Source of the DNA: Chiloscyllium plagiosum
Taxonomy: Eukaryota
Direction: 5' to 3'
DNA length: 62,237 nucleotides
NCBI RefSeq assembly: GCF_004010195.1
Contig: NC_057719.1
Location: 54,966,973 to 55,029,209 of the forward strand
Positions 38,400 through 52,189 of this stretch are shown here, piece after piece. The position numbers and the translations under genes are program-made. Position 1 is the stretch's first letter. Every line of letters starts with the position of its first letter. The notes beneath the pieces were generated by a model. That model was not told the DNA's origin. It did no database searches and worked only from the letters and a program-made list of their open reading frames with translations.

Positions 38400-39540
38400 T
38401 AAGCTGGATAAGTATGATTTTCCTTTTTCAAAATCACATTGATCCTCTCTGATTAACTTGAAGTTAAAGTTATTCAGTGCCTTGCTATAACTTCTTGACT
38501 AACAGTTTCTAACATCTTCCCTATGTCAGATGTTAAGTTAACTGATCACTTGTCTTCTGTGTTCTGTCTTGCTCCCTGTTTTTGAATAAGAGTTGCATTT
38601 TTATATTTCCAATGTAATGACATCTTTATGAAACCTAGGAAATTTTGAAAAATTAAATGCATCAACAAACATTTTAATCAGCTTAGGATGAAGCCCATCA
38701 AGACCTCAACACTTGTCACCCCACAGTTCTCAACGGTTGCTCAACAGCACTTCCTTGGTCATTGTAATTTTCTTTGGTTCTTGAATCTCTTCCATTTTCT
38801 GATTTGATAGCTGCTTCAGTTCTGAGATATACTGATATATCTTATAGTGAAGACTCATGCGAAATCCCTGTTCAATTCATCTGCCATCTTTTTACTTATC
38901 CATATAAATTCTATATTGTTAGTTTTTTATAACACCAGCACTTACTGTGTTTACTCTTCTTTTTGAAATTAATTTAGAATCTGTTATCTGCTTTGATATT
39001 TCTTGCTAGCATTCTCTCATACACAAATTAATCTTTTAGTCACTCTTTGCAATTTTTATTTTGTTCAATCTTTTGACTACCGTCCACCTTTGAGCAATTA
39101 TATGATTTTTCTTCAAGTTTAAACTGTAATTCTTTTTTAACCACAGAATTATTTTCTGATTTGAATGTATCTGAACTGTATTTTCTGAAACATTCCCTTA
39201 AACCTTATCTCTATTAATATATCATTAATAATCCAATAATAACCTAATTTGTCAGTTCATGTTTGTTAGCTTTGAATTTTTGTCCTCATAATTGACCTTT
39301 TTTTAAGTTGAAAGTGTAAGTCTTCGACCCACGTGACTTTCCTTCAAACTGAATGTGAAATTTAATCATTGTGTTCCTGTTATTAGGGTTTCATTCATTA
39401 TGCAGGCATCATTAATCCCATTTTGTTGCATGATATCAGCTATCGAACATTTTGCTATCTGGTTAGCTGAAAAATTGATGTTCTGAGAAACTATTCTGAT
39501 GATGTACTGTGACCTTCTCGTCTATGGTATCTTTGCACAT
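38400..39540 (-). mobile_element. Very old CR1 fragment
   Basis: Degenerate CR1 ORF2 text (tgtcagatgttaagttaactg, ggatgaagcccatcaagacct). Confidence 0.5.
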
Positions 39541-40314
39541 CTAAAGAAAATAACCAAGTAGTGACATACCTTTCAATTCTAATCATATTATCAAAGCGTG
39601 TTCAGATTTCTTGCAGGAAATCTTTTGTTGAAAGCATGCTTTGTTTGAGTGCAGAGGTTCAGCAGCAAAGACATAAGTTATCTTGTCAAATGTTAGCCCT
39701 TGGTATCTAGATGCCAACTAGTTGACCCCCTAGCTTAAATTCAGAGACCCAGTAGACTGATGCAGAATGAAGGCATCTTGACTTCTGTCAGCATGTAAAG
39801 CTTTGATATCCGTGACTCTCAGCACCAAGCAACATACCCAATTTGGACACTGAGGCAGTGGAATCCCTTTCAGCTTTTAAAATAGAGCAAACTGATATAC
39901 AACACTCTAAAGGAGATACATGTTCAATCAATAGCACTCTGAAGTACTCCTTCTCCCTGGCACTAGAGAAGTAAATGTCATTCAATAGAGTGTCAATAAC
40001 TCTGCTCACACAACAGAAAACTAAAATGTTTCAAATGTCATGATCTTTGACGTCAAAAAAATAATATTATGTATAACATTTAATTGCCATCGTCATCTTT
40101 TCAAGGCCAGCTGGAAGTTATGGCTGGAGCAACTGACTGATTTCAGTGAGAACATCCTTACTAAATGATTTCTCACAGTTTTTTCTTGCTAAGGTAGAAT
40201 TGATTATTAAACAGCTTGGAGAAAGTGAGGACTGCAGATGCTGGAGATCAGAGCTGAAAATGTGTTGCTGGAAAAGTGCAGCAAGTCAGGCAGCATCCAA
40301 GGAGCAGGAGAATC

Positions 40315-40342
40315 GACGTTTCGGGCATGAGCCCTTCTTCAG
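40315..40342 (-). ncRNA. Minimal hammerhead ribozyme motif (family 2)
   Basis: CUGAAGA-A-GGGC(ucau)GCCC-GAAA-CGUC; palindromic ACGU helix III; helix I weak. Confidence 0.6.
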
Positions 40343-41361
40343 GAATGAGGAAAGTGTGTCCAGCAGGCTAAGATAAAAGGTAGGGAGGAGGGACTTGGGG
40401 GAGGGGCATTGGAAATGTGATAGGTGGAAGGAGGTAAAGGTGAGGGTGANNNNNNNNNNNNNNNNNNNNNNNNNNNNNNNNNNNNNNNNNNNNNNNNNNN
40501 NNNNNNNNNNNNNNNNNNNNNNNNNNNNNNNNNNNNNNNNNNNNNNNNNNNNNNNNNNNNNNNNNNNNNNNNNNNNNNNNNNNNNNNNNNNNNNNNNNNN
40601 NNNNNNNNNNNNNNNNNNNNNNNNNNNNNNNNNNNNNNNNNNNNNNNNNNNNNNNNNNNNNNNNNNNNNNNNNNNNNNNNNNNNNNNNNNNNNNNNNNNN
40701 NNNNNNNNNNNNNNNNNNNNNNNNNNNNNNNNNNNNNNNNNNNNNNNNNNNNNNNNNNNNNNNNNNNNNNNNNNNNNNNNNNNNNNNNNNNNNNNNNNNN
40801 NNNNNNNNNNNNNNNNNNNNNNNNNNNNNNNNNNNNNNNNNNNNNNNNNNNNNNNNNNNNNNNNNNNNNNNNNNNNNNNNNNNNNNNNNNNNNNNNNNNN
40901 NNNNNNNNNNNNNNNNNNNNNNNNNNNNNNNNNNNNNNNNNNNNNNNNNNNNNNNNNNNNNNNNNNNNNNNNNNNNNNNNNNNNNNNNNNNNNNNNNNNN
41001 NNNNNNNNCCACCAAGGACATGCAGGTCCTTGGACTCCTCCATCACCAGACCATAGCAACACAATGGCTGGAGGAAGAGCGCCTCATTTTCCGCCTCGGA
41101 ACCCTCCAACCACAAGGGATAAACTCAGATTTCTCCAGTTTCCTCCTTTCCCTTCCCCCCACCTTGTCTCAGTCCCAGCCCTCGAACTCAGCACCACCTT
41201 CCTAACCTGCAATCTTTTTCCTGACCTCTCCGCGCCCATCCCCACTCCGGCCTATCACCCTCACCTTTACCTCCTTCCACCTATCGCATTTTCAACGCCC
41301 TTCCCCCAAGTCCTTCCTCCCTACCTTTTATCGTAGCCTGCTTGGCACACCTTCCTCATTC

Positions 41362-41389
41362 CTGAAGAAGGGCTCATGCCCGAAACGTC
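41362..41389 (+). ncRNA. Minimal hammerhead ribozyme motif (family 2)
   Basis: CUGAAGA-A-GGGC(ucau)GCCC-GAAA-CGUC. Confidence 0.6.
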
Positions 41390-41789
41390 AATTCTCCTGC
41401 TCCTTGGATGCTGCCTGACCTGCTATGCTTTTCCAGCAACACATTTTCAGCTATTAAATAGCTTGGGTAGTTAAAGCCAATACCTTAGAGTTCATCTGTC
41501 CCTCCTCCTCTTTTTGTCTTCTAATAGGTTGAAAGCTTCCTATTAATTTGTTAATCCTTTAATTCATGCTGTATTCCAATACCTCCTATGTACTTAAGTC
41601 AAGGAACAACTGGTTCATTAAAAAACACCTGCATTGGGCCAATACAACTGGCCTTGAGCTTCTTCAGACTGATCTTCTTCACACTGATCTTTTTTTGCCT
41701 GAGCTGTGTGTCCATGTATCTCTTGGCACTTATTTCATTCTCTGTTGCAACATCAAAGTAATTGAATGATTAAATTATCATTTCTATTA

Positions 41790-42115
41790 TCCATAAGTAA
41801 ATCTCCCCAAACCTTCCTCCAGTTGCCTTAAAATTATGCCCCCTCATGATAGACACTTCTGCCATGGGAAAAAGGCAATCCACTCTTTCGATGCCTGTCA
41901 ATATCTGGAACACCTCTATCAAGTCACCTCTAAACATCTTTCGCTCCAATGAGAAAAGCCCTAGTTCCCTCAACCTTTCTTCATAAGACATGCCCTCCAG
42001 TCCAGGCAGCATCCTGGTAAATCTCCNNNNNNNNNNACCCTCTCCCCCCCCCCCCCCCCCCCACAGTCCAGACAGGATCCTGGTAAATCTCCTCTGCACT
42101 GTCTCTAAAGCTTCT
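41790..42115 (-). mobile_element. CR1 3' fragment spanning a small gap
   Basis: 'RFTRMLPGLEGMSYEERLRELGLFSLE..RGDLIEVF'. Confidence 0.85.
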
Positions 42116-43229
42116 GCATTTATAAGTAAATATTTCTGTGCTTACTCAGTATATCATGATACAGATGATATCTCCCATAATTTAACTTTAACTCTGAACA
42201 TTGATGCCCATGGTCCAGTATTCTCTTGAAAAGCATCTTCAGCTGTGGCTCCAATCTTTTGGTTTCCAATTTCTCCCTTCTGTTGCTTGCTTGTTGTCTT
42301 TGTTTTGCAAGAAGAATGGGAATTGGTTTGTTTGAGCTTGTGGAAAATTTTCAAGTCTGTGACATGGCTTCAAGTAATCTAAATTTGAAATGGGAATAGT
42401 AACAAGCTATGAACAAGAGGGGAGATATTTGTTTAAAAAGACAAATGCATACTGTTACATTTTGCAGTAATTCTCAGGAATTATACTGTAGCTCTCGTCA
42501 AATAAGAGAATGTTTCTATAGGGGTGTAAAAGGAACAGCATCAAACAAACAGCTTCCTTTATTCACTGAGCCACTCTCCACCCCCACTCTTTTATTTTGA
42601 CTGACAAAATATAATTAATTTTAACAAGAATAGCTATAGCTTCTAAATTAGAAATTCATCATTAAAAAAACAATCTCGACATTTGTTTATTATGATGGAC
42701 ATCAAAATAGCTCCATCATTCAATTAATTATTGTGAAATTTCAGTCTGCATTGTTCTGCCTTTTGGTTGACTTTAAGTTGCACACATTCTCTGATTTGAG
42801 ACCTTGTTTACTGAGGCAACATCATTAACTACAATCATTATTTTTTGTCATGAAAATCTTGGAGAACATATAATTCAAACTGAGTTCCATATTAGTAGCT
42901 TCTACCATATCTTGGTGGAACATTCAGCTTTAGCATTGTAACTCCATCTTGTAACTCATTAAAAAAAAATTATCTGCTTAGCCAGTTAAAATAAGCCTGA
43001 ATGACAAACAGGCCATGGTCTGAAACCGAAAATTCTCTCACTGGAAAGCAAGTTCTTAATCACTCTCAGCATTTAAGACTATATGATACCAAGAATGTTT
43101 AACTTTCGTATTAAATTTGAACATTGAGACAATTTTTACATTTCCAATAATTAACCTGAACTAATTCATTTGGAAACACCTCACAGATGTCCTGTACTTT
43201 TGTTAGCCATGTATTTTTGACTGCACAGA

Positions 43230-44375
43230 TATAATAGAACAGTATAGCACAGTACAGGTCCTTTGGCCCTGAATATTGTGCCAGCCTTTTATCCTTCTCT
43301 AAGGTCAGATTGACCTACATACCCTTCATTGTACCATCTTCCATGTGCCTATCCAAGAGTAGCTTAAGTGTCTGACTCTACTACCACTGTTTGCAGTACA
43401 TTCCATACACCCATCACTCTCTGTGTAAAGAACCTACTTCTGACATCTCCCCTAAACCTTCCTCTGATTACCTTAAAATTATGCCCGCTCATGATAGACA
43501 TTTCTGCCATGTGAAAAACACTCTGTCAATCCACTCTATCTATGCCTCACATTATTTGGAACACCTCTATCAAGTCACCTCTAATCATCCTTTGCTACAA
43601 TGAGAAAAGCCCTAACTCCCTCAACCTTTCTTCATAAGACAAGACCCCTAGTCCAGACAGCTTCTTAATAAATCTCCTCTGCACTCTTTCTAAAGCTTCC
43701 ACATCTTTCCTATAGTGAGCCGACCAGAACTCAACACAATATTCCAAGTGTGCTCCAACCAGGCCTCAATAGAGCTGCAGCATAATCTCACAGCTCTTAA
43801 ACTCAATCCCCTGCTAATCAAAGCCCACACGTTATATGCCTTCTTAACAACCCTATCAACTTGGGTTGAAATTTTGTGAGATCTATGGACATGGACCCCA
43901 ACATTCCTCTGTCCCTCCACACTGCCAAGAATTTGGCCTTTAACCTTGTATTTTGCATTCAAATTTGAGGTTCCAAAATGAATCACTTCACACTTTTCCA
44001 GGGTGCAACCTACAACAGGTCTCCACACTATCCTCATCTCCACCAACCTTCATGTCATCGGCAAACTTACTAACCCACCCTTCCACTTCCTCAACCAAGT
44101 CATTTATAAAAATGACAAAAAACAGCGATCCCAGAACAGACCCCTGCGGAACACCACTGGTCACCGAGCTCCAGACTGAATACTTTCCATCTACCACAAT
44201 CCTCTGTCTTCTATGGGCCAGCCAATCCTGTATCCAGACAGCCTGATTTCCCTGTATTCCATGCCTCCTTACTTTCTGAATGAACCTACCATGGGGACCC
44301 TTATCAAACACCTTGCTGAATTCCAAATATACACTGCTTTACCTTCATCAATATGTTTTGTCACATCCTCAAAAT
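43230..44375 (-). mobile_element. CR1 LINE (RT 3' half and tail)
   Basis: 'SGVPQGSVLGSLFFVIFINDL..SKFADD', 'KCEVIHFG'. Confidence 0.92.
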
Positions 44376-44489
44376 AATACATGATGCCATGCCTTTCTGT
44401 GATTCAAATGTTCTTCAGTGGTATCGAAATAATTAAAATGTTGAAAACTTTTCAAAACATAAACCAATAAAACAGAAAATAACATTTGA

Positions 44490-45405
44490 ATACAGTATTG
44501 AAACAGACCTTTCAGTCCATGCTAACCATAATTTCAAACTAAACTAATCCCACTTGCCAACACTTGACCCATATCCCTCCGAACATTTCTTATTTATGTA
44601 CTCATCCAAAAGCCTTTTAAACATTGTAACTGTATCCATATCTGCCATTTCCTCTGAAAGTTCATTCTACATACGAACCACTCGGTGTAAAATAAAACAA
44701 AAATTGCCCCTCATATCTTTCTTAAATCTTCCTCTTCACAATAAAAACATGCCTCCTCATCGTGAAATCCTGGCCCTAGGGAAAAGACACTTGCCGTTCA
44801 CTTTATCTATATCTCTCATGATTTTATAATCCTCTATTGGTCACTTCTCAACTTACTACATTCTAGTGAAAAATGTTTAGCCGAATCAGCTTCTCCCCAT
44901 AACTCAAACCTTTCATTCCCAGCAACATTGTGGCAAATCTCTTCTGAATCCGTTTCAGGTTAATTATATCCTTCCTAAACTGGGGAACCAGAACTGGACA
45001 CAGTATTCCAGAAGAGTACTGTCGGGTGGTTGCAGTGGTTAGCACTGCTGTTTCACAGCGCCAGGGACCCGGGTTCGATTCTAGACTCGGGAGACTGTGT
45101 GAGGTTTGCACATTATCCTTGTGACTGCATGAATTTCCTCTGAGTGCCCTGGTTTCCTCCCACCATCCAAAGATTTGCAGGTTAGATGGAATGACCATGC
45201 TAAATTGCCCAGGGATGTGCAGACTAGCTAGATTAGCCATGGGAAATGTAGGGATACAGGACTAAGGTGGGTCTGGGAAGGATGCTTTCCAGAGTGGTGG
45301 TGTGGATTTGAGGCATCAAATGGCTTGCTTCCATACTGTCATGATTCTATGAAGAGGCCTCACCAATAACCTTAACATAGTGTCTCAATTTCTATACTTC
45401 AAGAC
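44490..45405 (-). mobile_element. CR1 3' fragment with nested SINE
   Basis: 'LKRIQKRFATMLLGMKGLSYGEKL'. Confidence 0.85.
45018..45350 (+). mobile_element. V-SINE (diverged subfamily)
   Basis: gcagtggttagcactgct...gggttcgattc head, core, attctat tail. gaagag is repeated on both sides. Confidence 0.85.
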
Positions 45406-46152
45406 CTCTGATAATGAAGTTATAGACAAATCTGCTTGGCTCCAACAGAAATTTAAGAAGTTGAATGTCATTTAAGTTAATTAGAGGTGGTTTTGGGTGA
45501 AGTGATTAGTTCCATTTGTTAAATTTATTGTTAAAAAGGTCTTGCAAGTTTTGGTTTAGTCAGCTAATCATAATTAAACACAACCTCAAGTCAACTGACA
45601 GTGATCGATAGCAGAAGTGACGTTCTCATCACTAAACCAACAATGCCCAAATGATGAGCAGTCTGAATATCTTCATCACATTAAATTTTTAACAAACAAA
45701 ATTCCTTATTCTAATGTTAAAATATCAGATTGAGTGAAATAGACTTTTATCAAATGAAGGAAGTCCTGACTTCAAATATTACAATGCAGAAAGCTAAAGT
45801 AAAATGTAAATATTCTTAAATTATTATTTCAAATGTGAATTTTGCCAAACGGTGGAAACATTTACGTACTACTCAGGACACATTTTATATAAAGCAAAAT
45901 ATCACAAGAAAAAAGCAGCACCTCAGAGCGCCCAAAAAACAAATGAGATTGTTCATGCTAGTACCGAGATTATCTATCTTAACAACCATTGGATCAACAT
46001 GATCCAGGCTTTGTGGACCCAGAAATATACTGCTGTTTGATGCCTTTAGGTTTAGCATATTGATGTGATCGTAAGGACTGAGATATTTGATTTTATTTAT
46101 TATTGTGACTGCTTAGATGCAGTGAAAAGTTTTGTTTTGCATGTGGTACCTG

Positions 46153-48523
46153 AATAGAACATAGATGATAGAACAATACAGCGCAGCACAGGCCCTTCGG
46201 CCCTTGAAGTTGCACCAGACCTGTGAAACCAATCTGAAATCCATCTAACTTACACTATTCCATTTTCATCCATATTTTAATCCAATGACCATTTAATTGC
46301 CCTTACAATTGGTAAGTTTCCTTCTGTTGGAGGCAAGGCATTCCAGGCCCTTATTATTCTCTGAGTAAAGAAACTACCTTGGACATCTGTCCTATCTTCA
46401 TCACCCCTCAGTTTAAAGCTATGTCCCCTTGTGCTAGCCATCACCATCCGAGGAAAACAACTCTCACTGTCTACCTCATCTAATCCTCTGGTCATCTTGT
46501 ATGTCTCTATTAAGTCACCTCTTAACCTTCGTTGCTCTAATGAAAACAGCCTCAAGTCCCTCAGCCTTTCCTCAGAAGAAATTTCCTCCACACCAACATC
46601 CTGGCAAATCTCCTCAGCACCTTTACCAATGCTTCCACATCCTTCCGATAATGCGGCGACCAGAACTGGACACAATATTCCAAGTGCGGCTGCACCAGAG
46701 TTTTGTACAGCTGGAACATAACCTCATGTCTCTGAAACTCAATGCTTCTATCAATAAAAACAAACACACCGTATGCCTTCTTAACAACCTTATCATCCTG
46801 GGTGGCAACTTTCAGGGATCTATGCACATGGACACTGAGATCTCTCTGCTCATTCACACTACCGAAAATCTTACCATCAACCCAGTACTCTGTATTCCTG
46901 TTACTCTTTCCAAAGTGAATCATCTCACACTTTTCTGCATTAAACTCCATTTGCCACCTCTTAGCCCAGCACTGCAGCTTATCTATGTCCCTCTGTAACC
47001 TGCAACATCCTTCAGCACTATTCACAACTCCACCAACCTTAGTGTCATCTGCAAATTTCGAACCCATTCTTCTTCACCTTCATCCAGGTCATTTACAAAA
47101 AATGACAAACAGCAATGGGCCCAGAACACATCCTTGCGGTACCCCACTAATAACTGAACTCTGGGATGATTATTTCCCATCAACCACCATCCTTTGGCTT
47201 CTTTCAGCTAGCCAATTTTTGATCCAATCCACTAAATCACCTTCAACCTCATGCCTCTATATTTTCTGCAATAGCCAACTGTGGGGAACCTTATCAAACA
47301 CCTTACTGAAATCCATATACCTGGAAACCACATCAACCACTTTATCTTCAGGCACCTGTTTGGTCACCATCTCAAAAAACTCATAAGGTTTGTGAGGCAT
47401 GACCTACCCTTCACAAAACTGTGTTGACTATCTCTAATCAAATTATGCCTTTTGAGATGATAATAAATCCTATCTCTTATAATCCTTTCCAACACTTTAC
47501 CCAAGTAAGACTCACTGGTCTATAACTACAGGATTGTCTCTACTTCCCTACTTGAGCAAGGGAGCAACATTTGCTATCCTCCAGTCTTTTGGCACTATTC
47601 CTATAGACAATGATGACATAAAGATCAAAGCCAAAGGATCTGTAATCTCTTGCCTGGCTTCCCAGAGAATCCTAGGATAAATCCCATATGACCCAAGAGA
47701 CTTACCAATTTTCACACTTTCCAGAATTGCTGACACCTCCTCCTTGCGAATTTCAATCCTGTCTCGTCTGGTAGCCTGTATCTCAGTATTCTCCTCAACA
47801 ACATTGTCATTTTCCAATGTGAATACTGACAAAAAATATTCATTTAGTGCCTCTTCTATCTCCTCAGACTCCATGCACAACTGCCCTTGATAAGACCTAA
47901 TCTTACTATAGTTATTCTTTTATTCTTGACGTACAGACAGAAAGCCTTTGGGGTTTCCTTGATTCTATTTGCCAAAGACTTCTCATGTCCCCTGCTGGCA
48001 ATTCTTAGCTCTCTCTTTAGGTCCTTCCAGGCTAACCTATAACTCTCAAGCACCCTAATTGAGCCTTTGCATCTCATCTTAACATAATTCTTCTTCGTCC
48101 TCTTGACAAAAGATTCAACTTCTTTAGTAAACCATCGTCCCCTCACTCAATCACTTCCTCCCTGCCTGACAGATATGTTCATATCAAAGACATGCAGTAG
48201 CTATTCCTTGAATAAGCTCCACATTTCAATTGTGCTCATCCCCTGCAGTTTTCTTTCCCATCCTACGCATCCTAAATCTTGGATAATCGCATCATAATTG
48301 CCTTTCCCCCAGCTATAATATTTGCCCTGCAGTATATACCTGTCCATTTCCATCACTCAAGTAAACTTAACCAATTTGTTGCCACTATCATCAAAGTGCT
48401 CACCTACCTCCAACTCTAACACCTGGCCGAGTTCATTACCCAGTCCTAAATCCAATGTGGCCTCTCTTCTTGTTGGCTGATCTATATACTGCATCAAGAA
48501 ACCCTCCTGCAGTCATTGGACAG
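46153..48523 (-). mobile_element. CR1 LINE ORF2, 5'-truncated
   Basis: 'SKFADDTKVGGVV', 'HLEYCVQFWSPHYRKD', 'PKDWRIANVAPL'. Confidence 0.95.
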
Positions 48524-49135
48524 ATCATACCATACAAAGTGTATGAGGATAATAGAATAGAGTGAGGAATATAATGTTACAGCTGAAGAGAAGTTGCACA
48601 AACAATCAGATCAACATGATATTTAAAATTTAAGAGGTCTGTTCAGAAGTCTAATAATAACAGAGAAGAAGCTGTTCTTGATTCTGTTGGTATATGTGTT
48701 TAAGCTTTTGTAAGTTCTACCCAGTGGAAGAGGTTAGAAGAGATTATAACTAGGTTGGAAGGGGTCTTTGATCACATTGGCTGCCTTTCTGTAGCATCAA
48801 GAAGTGTAAATGGAATCAATGGATGGAAGGTTGGCTTGCATAATGGACTGGACTGTGTTCACAACACTCTGTAGTTTCTTAGGGTCTAGGGCAGAGCAGT
48901 TGCCATACCAGGCTGTGATGTATCTAGATAGAATGTTTTCTATGGTGCATCTATAAAAATTAGAAGAAGTCTTTACAAAAATGCCAAATTTTCTTAGCCC
49001 CCTGAGGAAGAAAAGGCATTGTTGTTTTTTCTTAACTGTCGCATCAACGTGAGCAGAGCAGGACAGATTGGTGATCCTCGCTCCGAGGAAATTGACACTC
49101 TCGACCATCTCCATCTCACCATTGATGGACATTGT
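48524..49135 (-). mobile_element. Rex1/Babar LINE 3' fragment
   Basis: 'VESVNFLG..VKKKQQCLFFLRGLRKFG..NFYRCTIENILS..AWYGNC'. Confidence 0.88.
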
Positions 49136-49199
49136 AAAAGCCAAGGAGACTGAGCCTGCAGGCCTGAGCCCTCTAACCCCAAGTCTTCTAAGTCAACAA

Positions 49200-49470
49200 G
49201 GTTAAACTGTGGCTGTGCTAAATGGGCTAGACTTTGAACTCATCTAGCAACCCAGGCCAGAACATCCATGAGGTGCTATGGGATATTAGCAGCAGCTGAA
49301 CTGTACTCAATACAAGCTGCAACCTCATGACCCAGGATTTCCTTAATCAGTTTCAAAACTGTCTTTCAGACAGCTGAGGAAGATGACAGTGTGACCTGTA
49401 GATCCAGGATCTCTTCATTCTCCTCTGTGCCCTAATTCACCTGCAGCTTCTTCCAGCTGCTGGAAGTTGG
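49200..49470 (-). mobile_element. Harbinger transposase N-terminal fossil
   Basis: 'IYRSHCHLPQLSERQF*N*LRKS'; homologous to 13480-13600. Confidence 0.55.
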
Positions 49471-49479
49471 TGCTTTTGC

Positions 49480-50600
49480 TGACAAAGCTTATTTTTGCTA
49501 TCCACTTCTACATTGTCTTTGGAGTTGATGCACAGCCACAAGTATGTTCCTGATTCTGTTGCTGGCCCTGTAACTCCAATTGTATAGGTGAAGATCCTCC
49601 ATGTTCTGCTGGATTTGTTGGATATTCAGTAAATGTATGCTTTGCTGAAATTCATTTATCATTTAATTAACTCTCGTTACCCTCAGATATGAGAGAAAGC
49701 TGGTTTGCTAACAGTAACAGTGCTCCCAAAGCAAAACAAATATGGAATAATAAATTTAAAACCACGAATGAAAATTAAAACTGTTGGAACTATTTGGTAA
49801 TTAAGTTATCAATCTATAAACTTGTGAGTAACAAAATATTTGTGCTGGCATCTAAAGATTGTTGTACAAACCATCTAGATACTACTGAACTTGAAATGTT
49901 ACTACTGTAGTGACAGCAGGGTTATAATGATTTATATGTTAAGTATTGCTGCTTAAGCCCAATGCTGCTCAGTGTTGTTATAATTGTCATCTTGTGTTTG
50001 GCAATTCTACATATTTAGTTTGATTATTAATAAATAAGACACTAAACGTAGCATCACACCTTAATCCATTAGATTGGCCTACGACGCTGCTCTAGAAAAC
50101 TCCTTCAGAAATGTCCTTGAACTGAAATGATTGGTCTCCATCAAGCACAGCCATCTTGGCTTTCATCAGATTTGATTACACTCGCTGGAAAGTTTTCTTC
50201 TGATCCAGCTGTCAGTTTAGCTGTCCCCTTCCATAGCACTGTATAAATACAGACACTTGTGATTCTAGCTGCTGCTGAAAATACAGCAGGAATTCTTGCC
50301 TTTCATTTTACTTTGACAACTATGTCTTTGTAGAATCAAATATCTGATGAGGTCAATGTACCCTAGGGTTTCCTTTGCCAAAAGACCCTGATGTAATTTC
50401 CATTCAGTTTCAGGGCACATTGAGCTCCCCCGTTCCCAACAGAATGGCATCATGCACCTTAAATTCCGTGCTTTCCCATCTGCATTTCAGTTTATTACTG
50501 CTGAATAGAGAACAAGGTAGAAGCACTTGGTTAAAGTCAAACTACTCAAGTTAACCTGCTTGTCGCCATTATGTGAAATGTATATCAAGTATCAGAAACA
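49480..50600 (+). pseudogene. Possible decayed TRIM gene, copy I (RING/B-box traces)
   Basis: 'LHCLW', 'EIH', 'ERKLVC*Q*QCS'; weak. Confidence 0.25.
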
Positions 50601-50659
50601 GTTTTCTAACTCCTGTATTGGAAAGATTCTCAAGGACAACTGTATTTTGTGTGGAAAGC

Positions 50660-51245
50660 ATTTTGGTCAGTGCATTGAGTATAGGAGTTGAGAGGTCATG
50701 TTGCAGCTGTGCAGAACATTGGTTAGGCCACTTTTCGAATACTGTGTTCAATTCTGATAGGAAAGATGTTGTTAAACTTGAAAGAGTTCAGAAAAGATTT
50801 GCAAGAGTCTTCCTGAGGTTGAAGGGTTTGAGCTGCAAGGAAAGGCCGAACAAGTTGTGGCTATTTCCTTGAGGCGCTGGAGGCTGAAAGGTGACCTTCA
50901 GGGGCATGAATAGGGTGAATAACCCAGACCTTTTTGCCTGGGTAAGGGAGTCCAAAACTAAAGGACATAGGTTTAAGGTGAGAGACAAAAGTTTGAAAGG
51001 GACCTAAGGGATAACTTTTTCATGCAGAGAATGGTGCATGTATGGAATGAGCTGCCAGAGGAAGTGGTGGAGACAGGTACAATTACAACATTTAAAAGAC
51101 ATTTGGATGGGCCTATGATTAGGAAGAGTTTGGAGGTTTATGGGCCAAATGCTGACAAATGGGACTAGCTTAATTTATGATATCTGGTTGGCATGGACGA
51201 GTTGGGCAGAAGGGTCTGTTTTGGTGCTGTACAATTTTATGAGTT
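50660..51245 (+). mobile_element. CR1 LINE 3' fragment
   Basis: 'RKDVVKLERVQKRFARV', CR1 3' UTR and tail. Confidence 0.9.
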
Positions 51246-51329
51246 ACCGCATTCATATCTGGAGACTACACAATGGGTTTGTCTAATTAAATTTCACTTT
51301 ACATGATCTACAAACTGATAAAAGTGGAA

Positions 51330-52189
51330 TAACAATGGGCTTCCAGGGAAGTTGGAATAGTGAGGTAACACCAGAGGAGAACTGAACAATCATAGCGCTA
51401 CCCATCCTTCAGAATGTACGGAATTCAGAACACTTTCTAAGATTTTTCTCAGGAGATTGTACTTCAGTTATGAAGCTTGGAAGAGCTCTGTTGCTGCAAC
51501 CCACAGCATGAGCAGCTATCAGTGTAGCATAGAAAGTGACAATAGCTCTCATATTAATGCCACAGGCTCATTCCGAGGAGCCACAGGAGACTGTGCCAGA
51601 TCAGCCAATTTGCTCTGCACTCTATGAGGTATCTCAATTTATGCAATTTGATGCTGCTTCCACACAGATGACAGAGAAGGCCATCAAATCTTTCAGAATT
51701 AATGAATTCTCCAGGGTTGTCGCAGCTATTGATTGCACTCATGTGACATTGTGTGCATTGCAAATACAAACTTGCATATCATGAAAACTTCAATGATTTT
51801 CATTCCCTGAATATGCAGTTCAAAAGCAATGATAGAAATAGCCTATTGCATTTGAATTTTCAACTTACTGGGAGTTGCCATAATGCTTTTAGATTTCATC
51901 AATTGAATATTTTTGCTCCACTTTAACAGCAGTGACAAGATCCATGAAGTCTCCTGGGTGACAAAAGTATTAGTTCCATAGCTCAGATGCTTCTTCAAAC
52001 AGCTGCCTCTGATGTTGAGCAGTCCTACAATAAGCACCAAAAGACAAGGATAAGGTTTGAATGAGACACATAGATTCTTAAAGGAAAATCCTGACAAGTG
52101 GATGCTCCTCTGATTACCTTCTATAAGCAACAAATAACATCTCTGCTTGTTGTGTTCTTTTTAACTCTGCAGTCTGGAAAGGAAATGAG
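51330..52189 (+). mobile_element. Harbinger (HARBI1-like) DDE transposase fossil
   Basis: 'FSRVVAAIDCTHV', 'FHSLNMQ', 'LLGDKS', 'ACCVLFNSA' in the expected order. Confidence 0.85.

Larger units (their letters stand above)
40220..41451. mobile_element. Penelope-like element, family 2, with inverted pLTRs (gap inside)
   Basis: Left arm is the reverse complement of the right arm. GIY-YIG C-terminus 'DMQVLGLLHHQT..LEEERLIFRLGTLQPQGINSDFSSF'. TSD tattaaa(c/t)agcttgg at 40205-40219 and 41452-41466. Confidence 0.9.
41600..46050 (-). pseudogene. Decayed TRIM gene, copy H, interrupted by CR1 copies
   Basis: RING-like 'LDHVDPMV..', 'MCPE*' (45865-46010), 'CDED' (~45675), SPRY 'GEIGN.KDW/IGATAED', 'REYWTMGI' (42200-42280), 'FNYFDVAT' (~41750). 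Confidence 0.45.

Noticed and set aside
39838..39963. Minus-strand exon candidate with good acceptor and donor
   Set aside because: Translation not recognisable and no linked intact exons. It could be further pseudogene debris, but I cannot support that.
40286..41336. Long ORFs of 200-313 aa
   Set aside because: Artefacts of translating through the N gap.
41990..42090. Duplicated CR1 segment around a 10-N gap and poly-C run
   Set aside because: Probably a scaffolding or haplotype artefact.
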